Of a stretch of 64,000 bases of DNA, positions 39,232 to 46,521 are shown in pieces. The notes under the pieces were generated by a model. It was not told where the DNA came from and made no database searches. It worked only from the letters and a program-made list of their open reading frames with translations. Position numbers and translations under genes: made by a program. How positions within the stretch are numbered: the stretch's first letter is position 1; every line of letters begins with the position of its first letter. This DNA is from Candidatus Heimdallarchaeota archaeon (GTDB taxonomy: Archaea; Asgardarchaeota; Heimdallarchaeia; Heimdallarchaeales; Heimdallarchaeaceae), in NCBI GenBank assembly GCA_030603365.1, contig JAUVXV010000013.1, forward strand, positions 45,433-109,432, written 5' to 3'.

Positions 39232-39474
39232 ATGGTAGAAATTGAGGTAATTTATGGAACTGAGTGGTGTGGAGATTGCAATAGATCAAAGAAATTCCTA
39301 GATGAAAATGATGTTTCCTACAAGTGGATAGACATAGATTTTGATGACAAAGCGAAAGAGAAAGCAGCAGAATTAAATGGTGGGAAATGGCGAGTTCCAA
39401 CAATAGTATTTTCTGATGCTTCAATACTCAGAGAACCTTCAAATGAAGAATTAGGGGAAAAACTTGATGTTTAA
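39232..39474 (+). CDS. glutaredoxin-like (NrdH/Grx) small redox protein
   Basis: VIYGTEWCGDCNRSKKFL with a CxxC active site; about 80 aa. Confidence 0.7.
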   Translation: MVEIEVIYGTEWCGDCNRSKKFLDENDVSYKWIDIDFDDKAKEKAAELNGGKWRVPTIVFSDASILREPSNEELGEKLDV

Positions 39475-39576
39475 TCAATTTCTGTAATTTTAATTTCCTA
39501 TTAATAATTATTTAGAATAAATATCTACAGTAAACAAAAACAATACTTTACTAATGAAAGGGGGAAGAAGAATTCC

Positions 39577-40560
39577 TCAAAAGAGACTATTTCTTCTTTT
39601 TCTAATAATCAAAACAGCTAAGCCAATAATAGCTAAAATACTTGCAAATAGAAAGAAACTACCTTCTTCAGTTTGTTCTACTTCATATTTCATGGGATAT
39701 TGATCAAAAGAATCAGCAGGTCCATCTATGCTGTATGTTCCTGCACCGTCGTAATCATCCCACCAATTGCCATATTGGTGTAAAGCTTCAAACCATTGAT
39801 TACTGCTTCCTTCGTCATACCCTTGACTGGTTATGTCCCCAGTTCTAACTCCATCAATATTGTAAGTGGGCTCATTAGAGTTGTTAACGAAGGTGTTGTG
39901 ATAAATAATATTATACATACTGATGTTTCCGACAATGACTAATCCATGTTCATTGCTGTTACGAATGCTGTTGTTGGTAATATCATTATAACTGGAATCA
40001 CGAATATTGATTCCTTGGTAATAACTTAATAGAATATCATTGCCTTTGATAGTGCAATGGTGAGCTTCGTTTAAGTGAATACCTTGCATAAATCCTGATA
40101 TAGTGTTGTTCTCAATCAGAGTATAATTTGAACCAATAGCAATTCCTCCTCCATAAGTGATGCTGCTGGATAAAGTGTTATTGAGTATCTTTGCAGTTCC
40201 AGACAGTACTGTAGACTGAATAAAAATGCCTATATATTTGGTGACAATGTCACAATTTCGAATAATAAAATAAACGTTGGTACCGCTAATCACAATAGCC
40301 GGATTCCCATCACCAGTAGAAACAATATCTAAGTTTTCAATAAGATAGGGGTTAGATGAAGAACCATTACCAGTAAAACCAAGCGTATCAAAGTCATCAT
40401 CTGAATTAATAAAAACAGGAAAAGAAGCATCTAAATCCGCTAATCGACTAGATGAAGACCCAGAGTTTAAAATTGCAGAAGAAGGGTGTATTGTCGAGCT
40501 GTAAACAAGTAAACAGCTGAAAATAATTATGATTAATATCTTTTTATTTAATGATACCAT
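39577..40560 (-). CDS. parallel beta-helix repeat surface protein with C-terminal TM anchor (paralog 1 of 3)
   Basis: Repeated N[NT]xIxxN/G rungs (IRNCDI, NNTLSS, ENNTISG, KGNDIL, TNNSIRN). C-terminal ...WWDDYDGAGTYSIDGPADSFDQYPM followed by TM plus RKRRN. Confidence 0.55.
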   Translation of the reverse strand: MVSLNKKILIIIIFSCLLVYSSTIHPSSAILNSGSSSSRLADLDASFPVFINSDDDFDTLGFTGNGSSSNPYLIENLDIVSTGDGNPAIVISGTNVYFIIRNCDIVTKYIGIFIQSTVLSGTAKILNNTLSSSITYGGGIAIGSNYTLIENNTISGFMQGIHLNEAHHCTIKGNDILLSYYQGINIRDSSYNDITNNSIRNSNEHGLVIVGNISMYNIIYHNTFVNNSNEPTYNIDGVRTGDITSQGYDEGSSNQWFEALHQYGNWWDDYDGAGTYSIDGPADSFDQYPMKYEVEQTEEGSFFLFASILAIIGLAVLIIRKRRNSLF

Positions 40561-40627
40561 AAATAATTAGAAAATAAAGGTATATATTAAATTTAGCCAA
40601 AAAAAGAAAAGATGAGTCCTAACTCCA

Positions 40628-41065
40628 TCATTCAGTATTGTCTTGTCCAGCTTTCACAGGAATTTCTTCGGGAGTGGTGGCTGGAACTTCTGCTTTGTCC
40701 TCAACAGGGACACTAACAGGAGTGGGACGAACAGAAATGGGTTCAACTCCAAGTTTTTGTAGTGTTTTAGTATACTCATCAGTGAGGAAGAAATCTTTCA
40801 GAACAATCCAACTAGTAGGGATGATAACTGGAAGCTTACCTATACCTTCTGCACAAGAATGAGAAATCTCATCAAGGGATTCTTTTTTATCAACAGTACC
40901 GCATTTTAGACAAATCTTCCAACGAGCAGATCGTTGATAGAGCTTCTCAACGGTTTCATTATAAATTTCAAAACCTGAACTTAAAGGAGCATCTTGCAGG
41001 TCAAGTGTAAAACGACGGGCTCGAGATTTTATTTGTGTTTTCTCAGCATCTTTGACATCTGGCAT
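40628..41065 (-). CDS. C2HC zinc-ribbon small protein, family member A (unrecognised family)
   Basis: YQRSARWKICLKCG...HSC...LPVIIPTSWIVLKDFF is shared with four paralogs. Good SD AAAGGAGG upstream. Confidence 0.6.
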   Translation of the reverse strand: MPDVKDAEKTQIKSRARRFTLDLQDAPLSSGFEIYNETVEKLYQRSARWKICLKCGTVDKKESLDEISHSCAEGIGKLPVIIPTSWIVLKDFFLTDEYTKTLQKLGVEPISVRPTPVSVPVEDKAEVPATTPEEIPVKAGQDNTE

Positions 41066-41161
41066 TTATTTTCCTCCTTTAAATTTTTATTATATGTGAT
41101 ACATACTAATACATATTATATATATGTGTATGTGTTGGCAAATCTTGCCTATAAACATATT

Positions 41162-41356
41162 TTGTAATCATAATAGACACATAAAGCGGAAACTTCTGCC
41201 TCAATCTTTACTTTCAATTCCTATTAATTAAACATCATTAAACATATTTTACCTTACTATTTAGCATTATTTCGTTTTTTTATAATCTGTTCATATGTCA
41301 TCATAAAGCGGTAATATATGTAATCATAGTTTTGTTTAAATACTATGTCATCATAA
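41162..41356. repeat. iteron-like array of short direct repeats in an AT-rich divergent intergenic region
   Basis: T[AT]TGT[CA]ATCATA[AG] at 41162, 41294, 41317 and 41344 (two copies are the identical 13-mer TATGTCATCATAA). CATAAAGCGG[AT]AA at 41180 and 41302. ATTAAACAT tandem at 41227 and 41237. Confidence 0.7.
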
Positions 41357-41392
41357 CTATTACATAGAACAAGAAAACCAAGGTGGAAAAAA

Positions 41393-41596
41393 ATGAAAAT
41401 GGAAATACAAAAACTGTTGGACCGTGAGCTAAGGAATCTTTACGCGGATCTAACTCAGCTTACCAAAGCTCTTGCAACCAGATATCCTAGAAAACATGAT
41501 CGAGTGTATATCGATTATCGCATTGAAACCACAACTAGGTTTTCGAAACTCGACTTACGAAAGTATTGCGAAAACAAAGGTGATAGAATTGAATGA
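41393..41596 (+). CDS. small coiled-coil protein (67 aa), divergent paralog of 43257..43406
   Basis: MKMEIQKLLDRELRNLYADLTQLTKAL aligns with the N-terminus of 43257..43406. The same upstream cassette CAAGGTGGAAAAAAATG is present. Confidence 0.5.
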   Translation: MKMEIQKLLDRELRNLYADLTQLTKALATRYPRKHDRVYIDYRIETTTRFSKLDLRKYCENKGDRIE

Positions 41597-41735
41597 ACAA
41601 GAATTACACACACTGTTGGATCAGAAAATAAAAGCACTCCATAGGGAGTTGAATCAGCTCAGAAGAGCTCGTCGCACCAGAAGAGCAAAAGCTCGTTCTA
41701 GGTACTCAATCGGGCAAATACCCCTTCAAGGGTAG
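41589..41735 (+). CDS. small coiled-coil Arg-rich protein (48 aa, TTG start), close paralog of 43257..43406
   Basis: (M)NEQELHTLLDQKIKALHRELNQLRRARRTRRAKARSRYSIGQIPLQG versus MTNNELSRTLDQEIRALQKELNELKRARRALRANTRSERLLTQRIPLAG. SD AAGGTGA lies 7 nt upstream of TTG. Confidence 0.5.
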   Translation: MNEQELHTLLDQKIKALHRELNQLRRARRTRRAKARSRYSIGQIPLQG

Positions 41736-41775
41736 GCTCGGTTCTTGCTCCTTTTAATAACCCAGGTGATATGAA

Positions 41776-42039
41776 ATGGCTGTAAAAATACAATTAAAAT
41801 CCTCTCATGACCTAATTGCTGAACATGTAAAGATACTATATGATTTCGAATTTGTAGATGAAGAAAGTTATTACTTATTCCTTAAACAATTAGTTGAATC
41901 ATTACATGCTTCAGTAGAAGAAGAATCAAAGAAAGCTGCAAAACGTATATATGAGAAAACCATTGAGGCAGAAGTTCGAAATGCTAAGGACAAAATCATG
42001 GCAAAGAAGCTTCTCCTGTTTGGGTCAATGTACTATTAA
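41776..42039 (+). CDS. hypothetical small protein (87 aa)
   Basis: SD CCAGGTGAT precedes the ATG. Helical, acidic/basic; belongs to the same micro-gene operon. Confidence 0.45.
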   Translation: MAVKIQLKSSHDLIAEHVKILYDFEFVDEESYYLFLKQLVESLHASVEEESKKAAKRIYEKTIEAEVRNAKDKIMAKKLLLFGSMYY

Positions 42040-42179
42040 TTTGTATGAGGAATATCCCGTGATAAATCTAGCTCTCTTAAAACCTAATCCCGCTTATACC
42101 CTTCCTGGGTATAGCGATTTTTTACGATCACTAAGAAAATTACTAGAATTGAAAACAAAAGAAAATAGAGGTGTCTAAT

Positions 42180-42332
42180 ATGGCAAACAAAGTTGTAAAT
42201 ATAAGAAGAAAAATGAAATATGAAAAAATGAAAGAGAATGCATGGAAAGTTATGGGATATGCATTTTTATTTACCCTATTAATGGTATTGGGGCTCATAA
42301 CCTTAACTGCTTTATCAAATTTCTTACTTTAG
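42180..42332 (+). CDS. single-TM micropeptide (50 aa), family member 1
   Basis: MANKVVNIRRKMKYEKMKENAWKVMGYAFLFTLLMVLGLITLTALSNFLL. SD AGAGGTG. Not in the ORF track because it is under 60 aa. Confidence 0.5.
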   Translation: MANKVVNIRRKMKYEKMKENAWKVMGYAFLFTLLMVLGLITLTALSNFLL

Positions 42333-42549
42333 AAATTTGACACTTTTTTTAATTTTTATTACATTCAGTTACCGATTTTTAGAAATATATTGTTTCTATG
42401 TTGAAATTGTGTAGTAATATTTGAACACACATCTATTCAAATCCGCTTCTAATGCTTATTTTGTAGGTGTTCCTAAATCTAAGGTAATTTGTGCCAACGG
42501 GCAAATGTTTATTAACATGTATGAGTTTATTCTACATGAGTAACGTAAT

Positions 42550-42978
42550 ATGACCGACATGACCAATGCTCGAAAAAAAGCAGTTCGATCTAGAGCAAGA
42601 CGTTTTACGCTAGATCTATGGGATGCTCCGCTTGATTCAGGCTTAGAACTTTATCAAACAATAATTGGTGAATTATATGAAGGGTCATCAAGAATTAGAC
42701 TTTGTTTAAAATGTGGCGCTATTGATTCTATTCAAGATCTTAAGAAAGATAACCACGCTTGTGCTCTTTCATTTAAGAGTTTTCCAGTTTTAGTAACTAC
42801 AAGTTGGAAACTATTATCTGACTTCTTTCTAACAGGTAGATATGTTGAAGCCTTGCAACATCTTGGTGTTGAATTAGGCGTACGAGAAGTTGTTACTGTT
42901 CCAGTTGAGACAACTCCTGAAGTACTTACTACTATTGAAGAACAAGAAACTGCACGTGTATCTGTGTCAGATAAGTAA
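42550..42978 (+). CDS. C2HC zinc-ribbon small protein, family member B
   Basis: RSRARRFTLDLWDAPL...SSRIRLCLKCG...HAC...FPVLVTTSWKLLSDFF. Confidence 0.6.
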   Translation: MTDMTNARKKAVRSRARRFTLDLWDAPLDSGLELYQTIIGELYEGSSRIRLCLKCGAIDSIQDLKKDNHACALSFKSFPVLVTTSWKLLSDFFLTGRYVEALQHLGVELGVREVVTVPVETTPEVLTTIEEQETARVSVSDK

Positions 42979-43020
42979 GTTTTTTTAACTTTTTCCTTCA
43001 ATTTTTTATGTGTTTTTGAG
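42979..43020 (+). terminator. T-rich terminator region after zinc-ribbon gene B
   Basis: Multiple T5-T7 runs immediately after the stop. Confidence 0.4.
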
Positions 43021-43256
43021 TATAAAATACCCCTTTTTTCTATTTGTTTTCCGACATCTTCGGCCATATTTGCCTCTATTTTCTTATTGATTTACTGTGG
43101 TCGTATGTGCAATACAATGCACTAACGACCCAGAAAGGTTGTTTTTTACACCTAAAAAAGATGTCTGAAGAAATCAGACAATTCTTTCTTCTAAAAATGC
43201 CTTTATATATGATGTCGGAGTAAGTCAGACATAGAAAAACCCAAGGTGTAAAAAAA

Positions 43257-43406
43257 ATGACCAACAACGAACTTTCCAGAACACTGGACCAAGAGATCAG
43301 GGCGCTCCAAAAGGAGTTAAACGAGCTTAAAAGAGCTCGCAGAGCCCTTCGAGCTAATACACGCTCAGAACGATTGCTAACTCAGCGCATTCCCCTTGCG
43401 GGATGA
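43257..43406 (+). CDS. small coiled-coil Arg-rich protein (49 aa)
   Basis: MTNNELSRTLDQEIRALQKELNELKRARRALRANTRSERLLTQRIPLAG. Cassette CAAGGTGTAAAAAAAATG upstream. Not in the ORF track. Confidence 0.5.
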   Translation: MTNNELSRTLDQEIRALQKELNELKRARRALRANTRSERLLTQRIPLAG

Positions 43407-43453
43407 GCTGGGTCTTCAATCCCTTTCATAAAACTGAAACGGAGGTGTAAAGT

Positions 43454-43606
43454 GTGTTAAGTCTGCCCCGATTTATTTACAGAATTAAGGTTGAAAAACC
43501 ATGTGTCTATCTCTGGAGAATGCTAAGAATTGCATTACCATTGTTTGTAGCAGGTATAGTCGCAGTAATTGGTTTAGCTCCTGAATTTGCTAGAGTAGTT
43601 ATATAA
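43454..43606 (+). CDS. single-TM micropeptide (50 aa, GTG start), family member 2
   Basis: (M)LSLPRFIYRIKVEKPCVYLWRMLRIALPLFVAGIVAVIGLAPEFARVVI. Cassette GGAGGTGTAAAGTG upstream. Confidence 0.45.
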   Translation: MLSLPRFIYRIKVEKPCVYLWRMLRIALPLFVAGIVAVIGLAPEFARVVI

Positions 43607-43872
43607 AATGAAGAAAAGTGTCCCCCACTTTTCCTTTCATTTATTTATTTACGATTATCATCCCATCCAAGAACTCACGCTGTTTGTATCTTGCTGAACA
43701 GACAAACCTGCAGAGCTCACCATCTGCTTGGGATCAGGAAACAACAAACTCTTACTAACCCAGAGCTTGTGTGCTACCGTCTGTTTCCTGATCCTTTCCA
43801 TTTCTTCAGGATGATAATCAGATTTGAACTCACTAGAGACTTAAAACATGGATCACAAAAGAGGTGTAAAAA

Positions 43873-44016
43873 ATGATTGGTAACGAAAGAAATTTTGTTC
43901 GAAGATTTAAGATAGAAAGAACACTCTCCATTACTTGGAGGTTAATCATCTACATAATTTCTTTGACAGTAATTGTTGTTACAGGGATTTTTTCCCTATC
44001 TGTAATATCCAATTAA
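43873..44016 (+). CDS. single-TM micropeptide (47 aa), family member 3
   Basis: MIGNERNFVRRFKIERTLSITWRLIIYIISLTVIVVTGIFSLSVISN. Cassette AGAGGTGTAAAAAATG upstream. Followed by a T-run terminator. Confidence 0.5.
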   Translation: MIGNERNFVRRFKIERTLSITWRLIIYIISLTVIVVTGIFSLSVISN

Positions 44017-44047
44017 GAAAATATCATGATGAGAATTAGTCCTTTCA

Positions 44048-44075
44048 TCTTTTTTTTTTTTCTTCTTCTTTATTT
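44048..44075 (+). terminator. oligo-T terminator after the micro-gene array
   Basis: T12 run at 44050..44061 followed by TCTTCTTCTTT. Confidence 0.5.
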
Positions 44076-44225
44076 CTAGCAAAAGAGAGTGAAAATAAAT
44101 TTCGTAGGAAGTTTATTACACTTTTATGGTATTAACCATTTTCCTGCCTTATAGATTTCTTTTCCATCCAAATAAATTACTGAATCTTCGCTTTTCATAT
44201 CCTTGAGTATGTCCCAGTGTATTGG

Positions 44226-45233
44226 TTATTCATTTTTTGAACCAACCTCTGCAAATCCTGAACCTAGTGCTAGGTGTACAGTTCCTCCCATTTTCTCATC
44301 GAAGAGCATATTCTTTGTAAATTTCTGAATTCCGTAATTTGTTCCAATTGCTACTTCTCCTAGAATATCGGCGTTTTCCATTTCCAGAACTTTTTCCAAT
44401 ATCTCTTGTCCCTTTGATGCTGTATATTCAACTACCTTACCATCTTTGAACTTTAACCAAATATTTTCAACTTCTTTACCCATATAGATACCTGGATAGG
44501 TAAAACGGATTGTCCCATTTACTGAGTCTTCGACTGGGGATGTGAATACTTCACCATCTGGTAAATTCTTATCTCCGCAAGCATTAATCCACCCTCTTCC
44601 ATCGATGCTTAAAACTAAATCAGTGTCTTCTCCGACGATACGTAACTCCTTACCTTTTCTCAACACTTCTACTATTGCTTCTTGTTCTTTCTTAACATTT
44701 AACCAATGCTCAACAGGATCTTCTTTATCTAGTGCAAGTGCCTTGTAAACAAATTCTTTGTATTCAAAAGACCCCATATTAGCTTCTTGAGCAAAAGCAG
44801 GTGAAGGATATGGACAGATTACCCAATCTAATTCTCCTGAAGCAGATCTCTCAAAATATATTTTTGTGAGTTCTTTATTTGCTTCTCTTGTCATCATTTG
44901 TTTGTCTGGACTAATATTGGTAAGTGCTTTTCTGTTAGTGGAGCTAAATACACTGATGAATTTGTCTGCTAGTTTTATCCCCTGTAAAGCAATAGGGTTT
45001 TGATATTTTAGCTGATGCTCTTGCGCATGTGTGTAAAATAACTCATCTTGACCTGGGATAACTATCCTAATGTTTAGTATGTGTCCTCCAGTTTTAATAA
45101 CTTCCAAATCTATCTCGCGAATCAAGTCTGCTGCATCAATTCCACCTGAGAGTAGAACAGTGTTTCCTTTCTCGACTCTCACTGAATAGTTAACAACAAG
45201 TTTTGCTAGTTTTTCATTAAAATCATCTAACAT
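44226..45233 (-). CDS. M29-family aminopeptidase (AmpS/PepS, aminopeptidase T-like)
   Basis: Global pattern including the C-terminal GGTVHLALG, typical of the thermophilic metalloaminopeptidase family. Confidence 0.65.
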   Translation of the reverse strand: MLDDFNEKLAKLVVNYSVRVEKGNTVLLSGGIDAADLIREIDLEVIKTGGHILNIRIVIPGQDELFYTHAQEHQLKYQNPIALQGIKLADKFISVFSSTNRKALTNISPDKQMMTREANKELTKIYFERSASGELDWVICPYPSPAFAQEANMGSFEYKEFVYKALALDKEDPVEHWLNVKKEQEAIVEVLRKGKELRIVGEDTDLVLSIDGRGWINACGDKNLPDGEVFTSPVEDSVNGTIRFTYPGIYMGKEVENIWLKFKDGKVVEYTASKGQEILEKVLEMENADILGEVAIGTNYGIQKFTKNMLFDEKMGGTVHLALGSGFAEVGSKNE

Positions 45234-45396
45234 ATTTTTACCTTCCTACTACATCAAAAAGCTGAACCATTATAAGTTTTGCAGAATCAAGATATATTAT
45301 TGATTTATGTCTTTCAGAAATTTTTATGTTGTTATTACATATGCAAATATACATTAATATGTTACAAATAATAGGTACATAAGAGTGGTGAGACTT

Positions 45397-45867
45397 ATGC
45401 CCAAAATATCGAAAGCTGAACAACAATTTATACGCTCTCTCGCTAAGAAATATGTCATGAAACTTATAGTTTCTCCATTTAACGAGGGGTTGTTAATTTA
45501 TTCTGATACATATGATTCATTATATATTCGATCAGCAAGATGGAAATTCTGTTTAAAATGTGGTGAGATAGAGTCTACTGAAGAAATGTTAGATGAACAC
45601 GAATTAAAGAAAATGGGTGCTTCTGACCGAAAACAAGCACAAGAAAGAGTACATCAGTGTACAATGGGTATAAATCACTTTCCAGTGCTTATAACAACTT
45701 CTTGGTACAAATTGAAAGACTTCTTTATGACAGACAAATATGTCAAAGCTCTTGAGAATGCAGGAGTTAAGGATATTCCATTTCAGAAGCCTATCTTTGA
45801 GAAGGTACCTATAAAGGTCAAAGCAGAAAAAGCTCGTGAAACAGTTATGCAAGATAGTACTGCTTAA
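45397..45867 (+). CDS. C2HC zinc-ribbon small protein, family member C
   Basis: YIRSARWKFCLKCG...HQC...FPVLITTSWYKLKDFF. ATG 45397 with SD GTGGTGAGA. Confidence 0.6.
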   Translation: MPKISKAEQQFIRSLAKKYVMKLIVSPFNEGLLIYSDTYDSLYIRSARWKFCLKCGEIESTEEMLDEHELKKMGASDRKQAQERVHQCTMGINHFPVLITTSWYKLKDFFMTDKYVKALENAGVKDIPFQKPIFEKVPIKVKAEKARETVMQDSTA

Positions 45868-45961
45868 CCACTTACTCTTTTTATATGGTGATAACATCTC
45901 GCATAATATTTATAACTTGGTTTGCTCTAGAGAATCTAGTGGATAAAAAGAGAATACCCTA

Positions 45962-46336
45962 ATGCCTGATATTTCAAATAAAGAAAAAGAAGAAATCAGA
46001 ATATTAGCTAAATGTTTTAGTGGTATTCTTTCTAAAGTTACTTTTAGGAGTGGTTCTCAGATATATTATCTTACATTCAAAAGATTGTACAAGAGATCTG
46101 CTAGATGGAAGTATTGTCTGATTTGTGGGCTGGTAGGTTTACCAGAAGATTTCCGTAAAGAGAAACACAGATGTCCTTCAATGGTTTTTCACAATGTTCA
46201 GGTTTTGGTTTCAACTTCTTGGTTTAAATTGAAAGACTTCTTCTTAAATTCTGAATACAAAGAAGTATTAGAGGAAGTTGGGATAAATCAGAAAAACCAC
46301 ATGAAAATAGATTCAAGTAATGGTTCCAAAACCTGA
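45962..46336 (+). CDS. C2HC zinc-ribbon small protein, family member D
   Basis: YKRSARWKYCLICG...HRC...VQVLVSTSWFKLKDFF. Confidence 0.6.
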   Translation: MPDISNKEKEEIRILAKCFSGILSKVTFRSGSQIYYLTFKRLYKRSARWKYCLICGLVGLPEDFRKEKHRCPSMVFHNVQVLVSTSWFKLKDFFLNSEYKEVLEEVGINQKNHMKIDSSNGSKT

Positions 46337-46395
46337 TTCTTCTCTTAAGTCGCTAAAACAAAGCATTTTAAAATAATACAGAGAAACTAACTCAA

Positions 46396-46417
46396 AGTTG
46401 AGGAAGATTAGATAATA
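46396..46417 (+). promoter_or_regulatory. conserved element AGTTGAGGAAGATTAGATAATA 126 nt upstream of the DEAD-box paralog 1 start
   Basis: 21 of 22 identical to 62115..62136, at the same distance from the ATG. Followed by a TATA-like AT stretch. Confidence 0.6.
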
Positions 46418-46521
46418 GATAAATGCAATTTTGTTCAACAGTTTAAGAAAACTACTAATGCTAAAAATTATGAAATTGATATTATAAGACTTAGCTATGA
46501 AAAAGAAAACAACTGATAACT

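Noticed and set aside
41951-42178. 75-aa ORF overlapping the end of 41776..42039 in another frame.
   Set aside because: It lacks the AGGTG cassette shared by all neighbouring micro-genes and overlaps a better-supported ORF.
43076-43267. 63-aa minus-strand ORF across the hairpin-rich spacer.
   Set aside because: It runs antisense through the conserved initiation cassette of 43257..43406 and has no RBS or homology.
43691-43876. 61-aa ORF in the structured region before the third micropeptide.
   Set aside because: It has no RBS and its stop overlaps the next start codon. The region looks like a structured leader or small RNA, so it is treated as non-coding.
40600-46400. Idea that the small-gene island is an integrated virus, plasmid or IS element.
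   Set aside because: I recognised no integrase, transposase, capsid or terminase gene, and no flanking tRNA or obvious direct repeats. The iteron-like array keeps the possibility open but it is not demonstrated.
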